From: Puccinia triticina
Taxonomy: Eukaryota
Length of the DNA: 64,000 nt
Direction of reading: 5' to 3'
NCBI GenBank assembly: GCA_026914245.1
Contig: CP110440.1
Span: forward strand, 3,286,001 to 3,350,000
Positions 12,156 to 23,300 of this stretch are shown here, piece by piece; the stretch's first letter is position 1, and each line of letters starts with the position of its first letter. Below the pieces are notes generated by a model. That model saw only the letters and a program-made list of their open reading frames with translations, searched no databases and was not told the DNA's origin. The translations under genes were made by a program, and so were the position numbers.

Positions 12156-14366
12156 TCCAAGTTTATTAAATTCACAAAAACATGGCAAAAAAGATCTAAG
12201 TTTTGGTGTGCAGCCACATGATGGCCACTGTTGAATAGATTACCCCCGAACACTATGTGCCATGGATAGACCCTCCAGCTTGTGACAGTGCAACAAGCAA
12301 AAAAGGGCCAGCATTTTTTATTCTCAAGCAGGGGCCTATCCAAGCGAAGTAGGGGGCCTGCAGGGAGGGGCCAGGACAAAACCGGAACCCCTGGGGGGAC
12401 AATTGACAGCAGCCCCCCCTCCTTTATATACTCAAGCTCAGCCCATCCAAGAGCGGTGAGTCGTGAACTCTCTCAAAGACCCTAGCCGCCTCTGGCGCCA
12501 CGCCCATCATATCATTGCCGACACCACGCCCACCACATCGTTGCCGGTGCCACTGCATCATCGCTAATGCCACACCAACGCCTCCGCAGGCGTCTCTTTA
12601 CAGCTCAACTTCTCGCGAGTGCGTGCATTTTTCACTCAGGTCAACAAGATCTACGGCACATACATATGCGACAGCGACTGAACTTGCGCCAAACAGATCA
12701 TCCGCCTCGAAGCTCTCCGAGACTACGGCGAGCCAGGACATCATTCTGGGCCAAGAAGCGCGACCGGAACTGACGTTTGCACGTCGGCCAGGCTCGGAAA
12801 CAGTGGATGAGCCGGTGAGCCTTTGCAATGTATTCATCCTGGCGATGGCTTTGCACCCTTCATCGCCCGTTGGCTCCCAACATATTCCTTCAAACACCAC
12901 CGCTTGAACTGAGATGCTGTTTATTTTTTTATTCTCTTTGGATGTGACACTACTAAATAGGAGCAACTTTCAACAGTTCCGATGCATCCTCAACCACCAT
13001 GATTGGATTGTCTCCTCCTCGTCAGAGTTGGGAAGAAAAGCAGCCATCCTTCGGGTCGCCCTGTGCCGTCAGGAGAAGGCAAGGGACGTCCAGTTCCCCC
13101 CAGCGGTCACCCCACCAGGCACTTGCCACACTATCCCCGCGGGCGCCTCCACCAGCACCATCAGCACACCGCCTCTTCATGCCCGAAGAGCTTTGAATTG
13201 TTGCTCACCACACCCAGGATTGGCCGGGCTTAGGACCCCTAAGACCGCCAATACTTGGTGAGCTTCCTCCCCTATCCATCTACCACGTCTTTGACTTTGA
13301 GAACCCGCCGGCCGGATGACTGAGACACAATCTTCTTGGCTCTTGTTACCGACAAAATGATGCAGTATTAAGACAAAGGAGGAAGTTATCAACATTCCTT
13401 TGAGCAGTGAACCCGTGGGAGGGAAAAGATCCCACTCTGGAATGACAAAACACCGGGATTGAGTATTGCGGCAGGGCTCAATGAACCTTTAAGCTCCGCC
13501 CAGGTCTTCCTTCTTAACAAGCTTGTCTTCTATCATCCTCTCCTCTCCTTTTTGTGGCACAAGGATTGGAGTGAGGCTGACAACCAAGCCTCAAATCTGT
13601 GTATCATTGCTCATGGAGTCAAAAAGATGTGCACCAAGTGCATTGTTACTGGCTTCAAGGTGTTCCATGGACCAATTGATAAATTAATCTCTTCCAAGCT
13701 ACCCAAACAGAAGGAATAGTATGTTTTCCTCCCTGTCCTAGACAAAAAGAATCTTTCTCATCAAATCTGGGCAACATTTTTCATGTCTGTATTAGTTTAC
13801 TCCCCAACAGCTACATTCACTGCTCTTGTGTGCATATGTGGTGAGTACAGCCCAAGAAGGAATCCTGTGGGTTATTCCTCATTCCATTTCAGATTGACTG
13901 GTGCTGGTTATTTGACAGCTCATTCATGCAAGTTTGACCTCTCTGGATGATCCTCAAATAGCTTGATGCTGCCTGGAACATGTATGCTAACATGCTCTAC
14001 TTGCAAGATTGAAACAATTCTATGAATTGCAATGTTGGCTATCAACAAGTAGCCCCTCTTCCCTCTCCTTTTCTTTGTTATTTGTAATTGCCTATTTTTA
14101 TTAAAGCTTATTACATATATTATGTTCTCTGTCTGAAAAAAGGAGAAAGTAAAGATGCAAACAAGAAAATTAAGAGCCACAAAGAATGCATAAAGCTAAA
14201 AAGTGTGAGGTGGATCAAATATACACAAATTTCAGAATGGATCCAACTGATTGTGAATTGTGAACTTTCAAATCTAGCTAGGCATGCGGGATTGAGCTTT
14301 CAAGAGGGTCAGGACTGTAGTGACTGAACCTGCAATTTGCAGCGGTGAAGCCGCCTTGGCCTCTAG
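12156..14366 (+). mobile_element. Non-autonomous Helitron A
   Basis: 5' A|TCC..TTAAATTCACAAAAAC..AGATCTAAGTTTTGG; 3' hairpin GCGGT-GAA-GCCGC then CTAG|T; no TSD. Both ends are homologous to Helitron B. The interior has GT-AG bounded exon-like fragments. Confidence 0.85.
12330..12435 (+). promoter_or_regulatory. Putative promoter conserved between Helitrons A and B
   Basis: Block GGGCCTA.CCAAGC..TAGGGGGC..CAGGGAGGGG..AGGACAAAACCGGA.CCCCTGGGGGG followed by TTTATATACTCA (TATA-like, 12423). The reverse-strand homologue lies at ~17854-17958. Confidence 0.5.
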
Positions 14367-15379
14367 TAAACTTAGATAAATCATAAAATCATAAAATCTT
14401 TTTTGCAGGGGATATGACTGTCTGATTGTGTCATACAAAATTTCCTCACCAAAATATTTTTATGACTAGAGGCCAAGGCGGCTACACCGCTGCAGGTATT
14501 TTAACCCTTAAGACCAAGCTATTCCTTTGAAGTAGAATTTGATTTGGGGGCCAGGATAGGAAGGGCAATATTTGCTTAATGTTAAGCAAGTGTTAATGAA
14601 TAAGGCCTTTTTGTCATTGACATATGGCAAGGGCAATAATGATCATAATGCAAACTATTGTGACACTGATGAGGCTTTGGTCAACTTGATTGGGTGGTAG
14701 CATTATTTTATGTGAAATTACATTTACACTTGCAATATACGGCTAGAAAACAGAGCCTAAGTGTTCCAGTTCAACACAGACTTGTGATTGGTAAAACTTC
14801 AACCATGTGTTATAGATTTTGATCTGATCAAATTTGATTTGGATAGCAAGCAGAGAAACCATTAAGAAATCATTTGGTGGCTTGGGTTGGCCACCCCCCA
14901 CTTTCTGTTAAAATATTTTGTTAATTGGATCTTGGCTCAGATTCCTTTTCCCCATGTCTCATCACTTTTCAATAATATTTTCTCTTGCATGTTACATATG
15001 CATTTCCTTATGCATATCACGCAACTGCTGTCTGAACAAACATGTATTTAGTAGATAAAAGCTTGTATATCTCATATTCAGAAAAAAAGCATCAGTCCCA
15101 ACCTAAAATGTTCCTTTTAGCCTTCCTCTCAGGCACTTGATGCTTTGATGCTCAATAAGTATCATTGATCTAGCTGGAAGGTTATTTTATCAAACTCAGT
15201 TTGATTTCGGGGGGGGGGGGGGGGGGTTGACAAGAAGGTAAAGTGGGGAAACAGGGCTAGGAAAAGTGTTGGGTAACTGGTAATGGAACAAAGCTGAGAG
15301 TGGTATGTTGGTTTGGCGCGATTGGCGAGGTGGGACAAGCTGTGGAGAGGGAGAGGTTGAACCAATAGAGTCTGCGGCT

Positions 15380-16510
15380 TCTAATAGGGCGGAGGTGTCG
15401 CGCAGTGGAGCCCTGAGCAGTTAGTGAGCAGGGCTGGAAGCAATTTGGGCTAGCTGCGCGGTCAGATTAGTTGGGTTCAGTTGCTGCCTGGATGTGAGCA
15501 GGGCGCGGTGACATAATTGAGGCGAGCACGGCATAACACATACGTGAAAAAAAACTTACCGTGGCACTTTGGTTAGTGAAGGGGATGGAGACAATGTGGC
15601 CTGGCTCCGCGGCAGACATCAACCTGTCCTCCTCCTCCTTGTCGTCGTCGACGTCTTTGTTGGCATCGTAAGAAACAGGACGGGTTCGCGGCTGACTCGG
15701 GGTGTCGAAGTCGGCAAGCGGGGCAGCCAGGAGGGCGGAGGAGGCGCGCTGGGTGTGGGTGTAAGAGGCCGGGGGAAAGGACGCCGGGGGAGGTGATGGG
15801 AAGGAGGAGGAGTTGGAGATGGTCGGGAGGGAGAGGGGCGGATTCCCAGTGCCATCGATGGGTGTCGGTTTGGGACCGCCGAGGATCGGCAGGGAGCGTC
15901 TGATTGGCTAGCCGGGCCAGGGGACGGGCAGGGGGTATCGGGGAGGAGGGACAAGAGGGCACGGGGCGAGGCGCAGCTGGGGAGGTCGCCAAACCTTGCT
16001 TCCTGGCTGCGGTGGTGGTACCAATGGAAGCGCTGCAAGTGCATCCAGAAAGCTCGTTGGCGCCTCCCAAGAGTGTCGTCGCCGTCGGGGGCGACCCGGG
16101 CGGGAGTGACTTGCGGCGGCCCCGGACGTTCCCTCCCGAGATCGGCCCGGCCAAGCGCGCATAGCCAAAGAAGGCCCCGCTCTGGTTCGCACTGAAGATC
16201 AGATAGACGCCCTCAGCGCTTGTCCGGTACGCTTAATTGAGGTTGGGCTCGTTGTGGGTCTGGGAGATCCAGATGGAGTGATCAACTGAGATCCGTAGAT
16301 CTTCATCCGTATACGCCCGTCCACCCATGGAAAGATTGGTTTCTTCTGCTTGTTTATTTACGCCCAAGAACTGCCCTGAGCATTCACTTTGAGGATGAAG
16401 TAGCACCGGAGAAAGTGGCTGGCAAGGATGTATGAAGTGGTTGATTGGCTCAGGTTGGAGGCAGCGGTGAGGGTTGAGGATGTGCGGATATGAAGTGAAT
16501 GTGCGTTGGA
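15380..16510 (-). pseudogene. YTH-domain (m6A reader) gene fragment inside Helitron B
   Basis: STTSYILASHFLRCYFILK / intron 16387-16317 (acceptor reads CGG) / AYTDEDLRISVDHSIWISQTHNEPNLN*AYRTSAEGVYLIFSANQSGAFFGYARLAGPI. This is the N-terminal half of a YTH domain. A further GTAAGT..CAG intron lies at ~15560-15488. Confidence 0.88.
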
Positions 16511-17254
16511 GACGAGAAGATTTGTGCAATGAAAGGGAGAAGCGGATGGGGGATGGTGTGGTTCAAAACAAGACGGCAGCATTGGATGTAAGCCCGAACG
16601 ACTCAAGCGCATGTAATATCACGTTAGGCTGGATCTTCACGGCGTCGCCGAGGGCCAACATAATGTCATAGATGGGCCTGAAGGAGCGCACCTCGAGGCT
16701 TGAGAGGATGTTTTCAATCCGGATCACCTGGTTCTCAAGGATTGCGGCGAGCTCTGCAATTGTCGGTTGACTCCAGTCGGATGGGGTAGGTCAGCAGATG
16801 GCCGTTCAGGAGCTTCGATTTGGGCCGCTTTGGCGCGCTCCCGCTTGCGCCGCCTGCTCCTCCCCCGGAACCGGCCGCTAGCTTGTTCGCCGGGTTCGGC
16901 AAGCTGGGGCTAAAGCTCAAGGGTGCATGAACCGCTGCTGCAGATACTGTGAGGATTTGAGTCCAAAAAAAGGGACACTGGGAATCTTCTTAAAACAATA
17001 TTTACTCAGGGAAAGGGAGAAAGACCTTACCAGCTTCCAGTATGACAACCTATGCAGCCAACTGTCTGATGTGATTGACGTCCAAAATTCTCGGGGCCGG
17101 TCCATAGACTTCATCAACCTTGGAGTCGGGCCCGCCAAGCGAGGGGCCTTGATCGTTGAGTCTTATGGCCAACACGCGTGGATAGATCAGCGAGATGACC
17201 TCAATTCATGGAGGCCCTTTGCGACGTTGATGGCTGTCCGCTTGGTAGACTCTG

Positions 17255-17470
17255 CACCAGGGAAAAATTGAGGTCACCTGAGGGCATGTGATGTGAAGAA
17301 GACTCTTGTTCAGTCTCCAATCATACTCCAAAACCCATTGAGTGGGACTCCCCAATGACCACAAAGGGGCCATTGTTTTGATAGTGGAGTCTTGCCACAG
17401 TAGCTCAGGTGTCTGAACATGTTTTACTCAATGTCACCTGCCACCAGCTGTCATCACATTTTCCCTGGTG
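17255..17470. mobile_element. CACTA/CMC-type MITE (CACCA termini), 216 bp
   Basis: TIR CACCAGGGAAAA / TTTTCCCTGGTG; TSD CTG. Confidence 0.9.
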
Positions 17471-18171
17471 CTGGGAACGTATGGCAGAGGGGGTCGGTCG
17501 GCGTTGATTTGCATGTGGAGGGTGACACCGAGTTCTCTGATGTCCTGTACCCTGACTCCTGAGCATGATGGGAGCACATGCAGGGACTGTTTGTCAAGGA
17601 ATTGAGCACAAGCACCTTCCAGGTGGGCAGACTGAGTTGTTGATGTCTTGTGGCTGCGTTACTCAAGCTGGTGGTCCCCGACAACGGTCAATGAGCCAGG
17701 TGTATTCAAGAACCTTCATGGCATTTTGCAACAGTGACATTGAGTCTTGTCGTATCTGTGGCGTGTGTTGTTGAGTTGACCTGGCTGCTGCCATGGGGCG
17801 GCTGGACCTGGTCCTGGCTGGATACGTGCGATGATGGCAGGAGTTCATTTATGTGAGTATATAAACAGGCACCAATGTCAAGCTGGAATGCCCCCCAGGG
17901 GATCCGGTTTTGTCCTACCCCCTCCCTGGGAGCCCCCTAACTGCTTGGTTAGGCCCTCCCTGGAAACCTCTAACAACCGGCCCCTTTTTGCTCGTTGCTT
18001 TGGCACAGCTGGGGGGTCATCCATAGGGCCTCCGGGCCTTCGGGGATTTTCAATGTGCGCAGTGAGAATAATGGGACATTTTTGTCCCATTTTGTGAGGA
18101 AAAAACACCCCAAAACTTAGATCTAGAGGTCTAGGTTTTTGTGAATTTAAGAAAGTGGGATTTTATGATTT

Positions 18172-19590
18172 GGACTTACTTCGCGCACTGCGGAAAACTC
18201 TTCACGCACTGTGGGGGTCGTCGTCTCAACGTCCAGCCCCCATGAGTGCGCGCTTCTGCCACGGCTCTTCGCGCACTGCATTTTCCGCCAAATAAACGGC
18301 TTGCATTTCTTGAGATATTTTTTGATGAATCAATAGAATAGCTTTTTATGATCCCCCTAAAAAATAATCAAGTCATTTAGGGGTCTCCTTGAGCCTAGAG
18401 AAAATTGTCATGAAAAAATCATATTTTAACGCGGCAGGGACCTGTAATATTGCTTACTGTGCCCCATTAGCCCCAAAAATTTCACAGTATCATGGCACAT
18501 GTGCGAATTCATGACCTGATAATTTTCAGAATTTTTCCCAGAGATATAAGGGGTGCGCGGCAGGCTTAGTAGGAAAATTACTGCTAACTGTATAGCTTTT
18601 TTGTTACACACTCAAACAGTCCCAAAATTTCAGAAATGTTTTCATTGTAGATATTCTCTGCGCAATAAATTTCTTGGCAATAGTGTTTCATGATAACATG
18701 AGATGTAGTGCGGCGGGCTTAGTTGGAAAATGACTGCTAGCTTTTCTCATGTTTTAATGACACACTATTGCTAAGAGCTTTATGGCGCGGAGAATATGCA
18801 AAATTGAAACATTCCTGAAAATTGCAGACTGTTTCAGCGTGTAACAAAAAATCTATACATGTAGCAGCCATTTTCCTACTAAGCCCTCCGCGCACCCCTT
18901 ATATCTCATGTTATCATGACACAATATTGCCAAGAAATTTATGGCGCGGAGAATATCCACAATGAAACCATTTCTGAAATTTTGGGACTGTTTGGGTTTG
19001 TAACAAAAAAGCTATACAGTTAGCAGTAATTTTCCTACTAAGCCTGCTGTGCACCCCTTATATCTCATTTTATAATGACACACTATTGCTAGGAATTTCA
19101 GGGAATTAATTTGAAGTATATTTCTCTGTGCTATCAAAATTCTGTGCCTTTGGTGTGTGTAACAAAAAAGTTATACATATACACAAAATAATAAACACAA
19201 TACCTATTTGGGCTACAGGAAAGCTGGTGAAAATTCTGAAAATTATCAGGTCATGAATTTGCACATGTAACATGATACTGTGAAATTTTTGGGGCTACTG
19301 GGGCACAGGAAGCGATATTACAGGTCCCTGCCGCGTTAAAATATGATTTTTTCATGTCAATTTTCTCTAGGTTCAAGGAGACCCCTAAATGACTTGATTA
19401 TTTTTTAGGGGGATCATAAAAAGTCATTCTATTGATTCATCAAAAAATATCTCAAGAAATGCAAGCCGTTTTTTCGGCGGAAAATGCAGTGCGCGAAGAG
19501 CCGTGGCAGAAGCGCGCACTGGGGGCTGGACGTTGAGACAACAACCCCCACAGTGCGCGAAGAGTTTTCCGCAGTGCGCGAAGTAAGTCC
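18172..19590. mobile_element. Mutator-like foldback element, non-coding
   Basis: ~370-bp TIRs starting GGACTTACTTCGCGCACTG. Flanks TTTATGATTT / GTTATGATTT (9/10 match, MULE-size TSD). A second internal inverted pair lies at ~18545-18700 and ~18880-19070. Confidence 0.85.
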
Positions 19591-20342
19591 GTTATGATTT
19601 ATGGGGTGGGTTATGGTGTTTTACTATGCCCCTCCATTGCAAAGGAGGGAAATTGTAAAATTGTATATAATGTGTTATTGAATTATTTTTACAATTTCTT
19701 GGGTTAAACCACTCATTGTAAACTAACACTATGTAAATCACCAATTGGAATTTTCAACCCTGTGACCTGTAACCTGTACATTTAAAACCTGCCAGGTTAC
19801 AATGTAAGTTACAATGCATGTAAATATGCACATACCCCACCAAACAATTACATTTACAACCACTTAACTTACAATGTCCCTCCCTTGCCGCTCAAAAAAC
19901 CTAGACCAAGCTGCTCATTGCCCTCCGCAAGCGTTGGGGCAGACCTAGGTAGGGCTAGAAATGACACACTGGACTACTTAGGGCTACAAGAAAACTCCGT
20001 CCCATTGGTCGGCTTTTCTATGTTGTTTGCTGCTGTAAAGTGCCCAATCAATGCTTGTTTCTCCACTGAATCTATATCCATATTCTCACGAGCTTATCCA
20101 GCAAACTTATTAGACAATCCAGGATTTACCAACTCAATTGGTTACCTTATACCATTTGCAAATAAGCTTCAATATCTAATAATACATACTGCAGGATGCG
20201 CAAGAAAATTACCACTGCAAATCCCACCTCTCACCTCAACCCTTGAGCCCGTCCTCCCACAATTGCCTCCACCCCCACAATACCCGCAATATCCACCACA
20301 AAATCCGCCACGGACTCAATATCCACCACAAATCCCGACGAG

Positions 20343-23300
20343 TTGAAGACAAAAACCGCTGTCAACCCTGACATTGCAAATCAAGCCGAATTGGAATCCA
20401 ACCAAAACTGGCAGTACCCAACTGCCATGGATAACGGATTCAGCAGTTACATTGATCATGGTTGCATTTTAGATAGGCAGGGCTATCCACTTTACCCTAA
20501 CGGATCCACGACGTACGTTCTCACCATTGGCGCCGACATCAAAAACTTTGGAGCGGTTGGTTTCACCAAAAGATCCAGTAACGGTGCAAAGTTGGACAAG
20601 TGGCGAGTTGTCCGATTATACTGCCTTGGTGTTTTACGGTGTGATCAAGATGGGTGTGACTATGCAGGCCCCCCGCCAACTGGCCATGGGAAAATTGAGG
20701 AGTTCCTCATCAGGTAAGTGCGGCTCCATTTACCTGGTCCCTTTTCTAAATTTAACAAACATGTGTTTCTATTTTGTGAATGATAGTAACCCATCCTGTA
20801 AAGGGCTGGCCGGTTGATGCCCCGGGAAACTTTACTGGCAGAGCTGTCCTGACACGCTGTGTCAATTTGACTTTCATAAGAAGAGCGGCTGGGGTCTCCT
20901 CCAACACCGAGGTTTCCACCACCAACAATGGCCATCCTCCAAGAAACCTGATCCACTGGCCAAGAAGGACTTGATGGAACGGATACAAGCAAATCCAAAG
21001 GCCAGTGCCCTCCAGCTGAAGGTAATTGTGATTTCCTTCATTTCTGTGACCGGTCCACATTAGATTATCCTTACTCACTGATCTTTGAATTCCTCCAGGT
21101 TTAGATTGGTCAATCCAGCGGTCCCGGCCAGCCAAGCAGCAGCGTGGTAAATATTCATGAATTGCTTGGTAACTCGGACCGGCTCTGGCATCTTCAAAGT
21201 CAAATACTTCAGCAGATTAATTTCAGTTCAGGATCCGGCGGAGACAACAACAAGTTCATGACAGACTTGTTTGAATGGCAACAGTTGAGCATTTCTGATG
21301 ATCTCCATTCTTAATAATATGTTATTATGTATCTTTACAATGACTGACACATGATGTATGCATTTTTGCAATGCAGGAATGGTTTGGATGTCATCTCGAT
21401 GGCCTGCACCCGAGGTCAAGAGCATATAACATTCCAGACAGACTGGATGCCTCAGCGGCTTCTGGATTGCGGCGAACAGGGTAACAAGTTGTACTCCGGC
21501 GGCTTAATCTCCGACGTCACGTATCGGTTCTTCGCCACCGGATTCACAACATCAATGTACTGTGATGACATCAATCAATGGATTCCCGTCCAGCTGAGCT
21601 GGATACGAGGGCTTGGCGAGTCTTATTACACAATCCACTTCACCATACTTTTCCGCTAGTTTATGATCCCTTCCCTCCTGCCACACGAGCGCAAAAGCAT
21701 GGCCAGGAGTCTGGTTGACTTTTCCAAAGCCCAGCAAAAAGGTTTCATTGCGGCTTACATGGATGTCTGTGGCGAAACAAACCCAAACGAGGCAATGCAA
21801 AAACTAAAAGGCTGTCAGGAAAATTTCTGACAATTGGTAACTTGGGTCAAGAGGAATTGCGCAGTTATCATGCCCGATGAGCAGGTTGGTCAAATTTCTG
21901 TTTCACCTCGTGGTTCCAGATTAAAACAGGCAGAATCACAGCTAAAATCCGCTCCTTAGTCTTTATTTGAATCCAAGTGCTTGGAACTGTTACAACCAGA
22001 TAAACCCGAGGGACCTACTCATGACAAAAAGATAGACAAGATGCGCCGTAGGTTTCCCAAAATCAAGGCTTGGCTCAACTGGTGGACAATGGCCAATGTC
22101 GAGGCCATGTTCTTTCCAAGCCGGCGCAAGATGCTAGTTGAGACGTCCTCTGACGGCAATGATGGGCTCCCAAGCACAACCAATGCTCAGGTGAGCATGC
22201 ACCAGGTATACTACATGTTCAGGTATGTCTTTCTATGGATTATATTTATTTTTGGGTTTGATTTGCAAGCTGATCAACCTCAACTAATTATGTAGTACGG
22301 GTAAGAAAACCATGCTTGGAGGATTTTCCAAACTCTTTGCCTTTGTCAAGGCCTTGGAGTTTGACTACTCCCTCACCATGCGTGGGGTGCCAATTTGATA
22401 TGGTCAGAATGGACAGCCGCAGGAAGATGTGGCCCACTCCATTGCGTGGGTGAAACCAACCAAACAACAGAGGTCTGCGATGAACAATGGTCGCCCTCCT
22501 GACACCAACGGTGTATCCGCTGCGCTGCATATAGCGCAGCGAAGCGGTTAGCGCAGCGATTTTTCGGGTCGCTGCGCTACGCGCTACGCGCAGCGGGCAG
22601 ATCGCTGCGCTACACGCTTTTTGATTTTCCCGGGAAAAAAATCAAAAAATAGTGCGCTAAAGAAGCGATCACGTAGCGGTCAGCCCGGCTTTTCTCTATG
22701 CCATGTGGGATCCAAAAAAAAAAAAAGGAAAAAGGGTTTAACATACATAAAAACATGTTTACAACATAAAACTGTTCCGCTATCCGCTAATTTAGCGGGT
22801 AGCGTAGCAAATTTTCGCTTTTGCTAATGGCCCTGGGAGGGTAGCGGACAATCGCTGCGCGTAGCGAGTAGCGCAGCGGTGTTCTTGCTGCGCTATTGCT
22901 TTTTGGTCTGGTCACGTAGCGGTCAACTACTGCGCTACGCTAAAAGGCCGCTTTTTTTAGCGTAGCGCAGCGGATACACCGTTGCTGACACAACGGAAGC
23001 TCTCCTTGACCATCCCAACAAGCAATCCAAAGGGGGCAGGCCCCCCAAATCCGTCAACATCAACCGCGTAACTCACACCACGTTCATGTCTTACGCCGCC
23101 GAGAAAGAGGACAATTTGAAAAATTGATGTTGGTTGGAAGCGGCGTTGGAATCTCTCTACGCAGTATACAGCCCGCTGTGGCTCCGATCCCCCAGGGGCA
23201 AACAAACCAACCTATTCCACGTACTTGTCTCTCATTTTACGGCTCAAATGACTAAGGAGCTAATTGAGAATAAGAATCTCAAGTCCACCCTCACTTGCGG

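Larger units (their letters stand above)
14466..18160 (-). mobile_element. Non-autonomous Helitron B
   Basis: 5' A|TCCCACTTTCTTAAATTCACAAAAAC at 18160; 3' hairpin GCGGT-GTA-GCCGC plus CTAG|T at 14466. The empty site rejoins as TTTTATGA|TTTTATGA. Confidence 0.88.

Noticed and set aside
14338..14494. A 157-bp MITE with 30-bp TIRs
   Set aside because: The inverted 30-mers are better explained as two facing Helitron 3' ends, each with a matching 5' end (12156, 18160).
16560..17850. Naming the other Helitron B cargo fragments (e.g. AELAAILENQVIRIENILSSLEVRSFRPIYDIML)
   Set aside because: They look coding but I cannot assign a family without a homology search.
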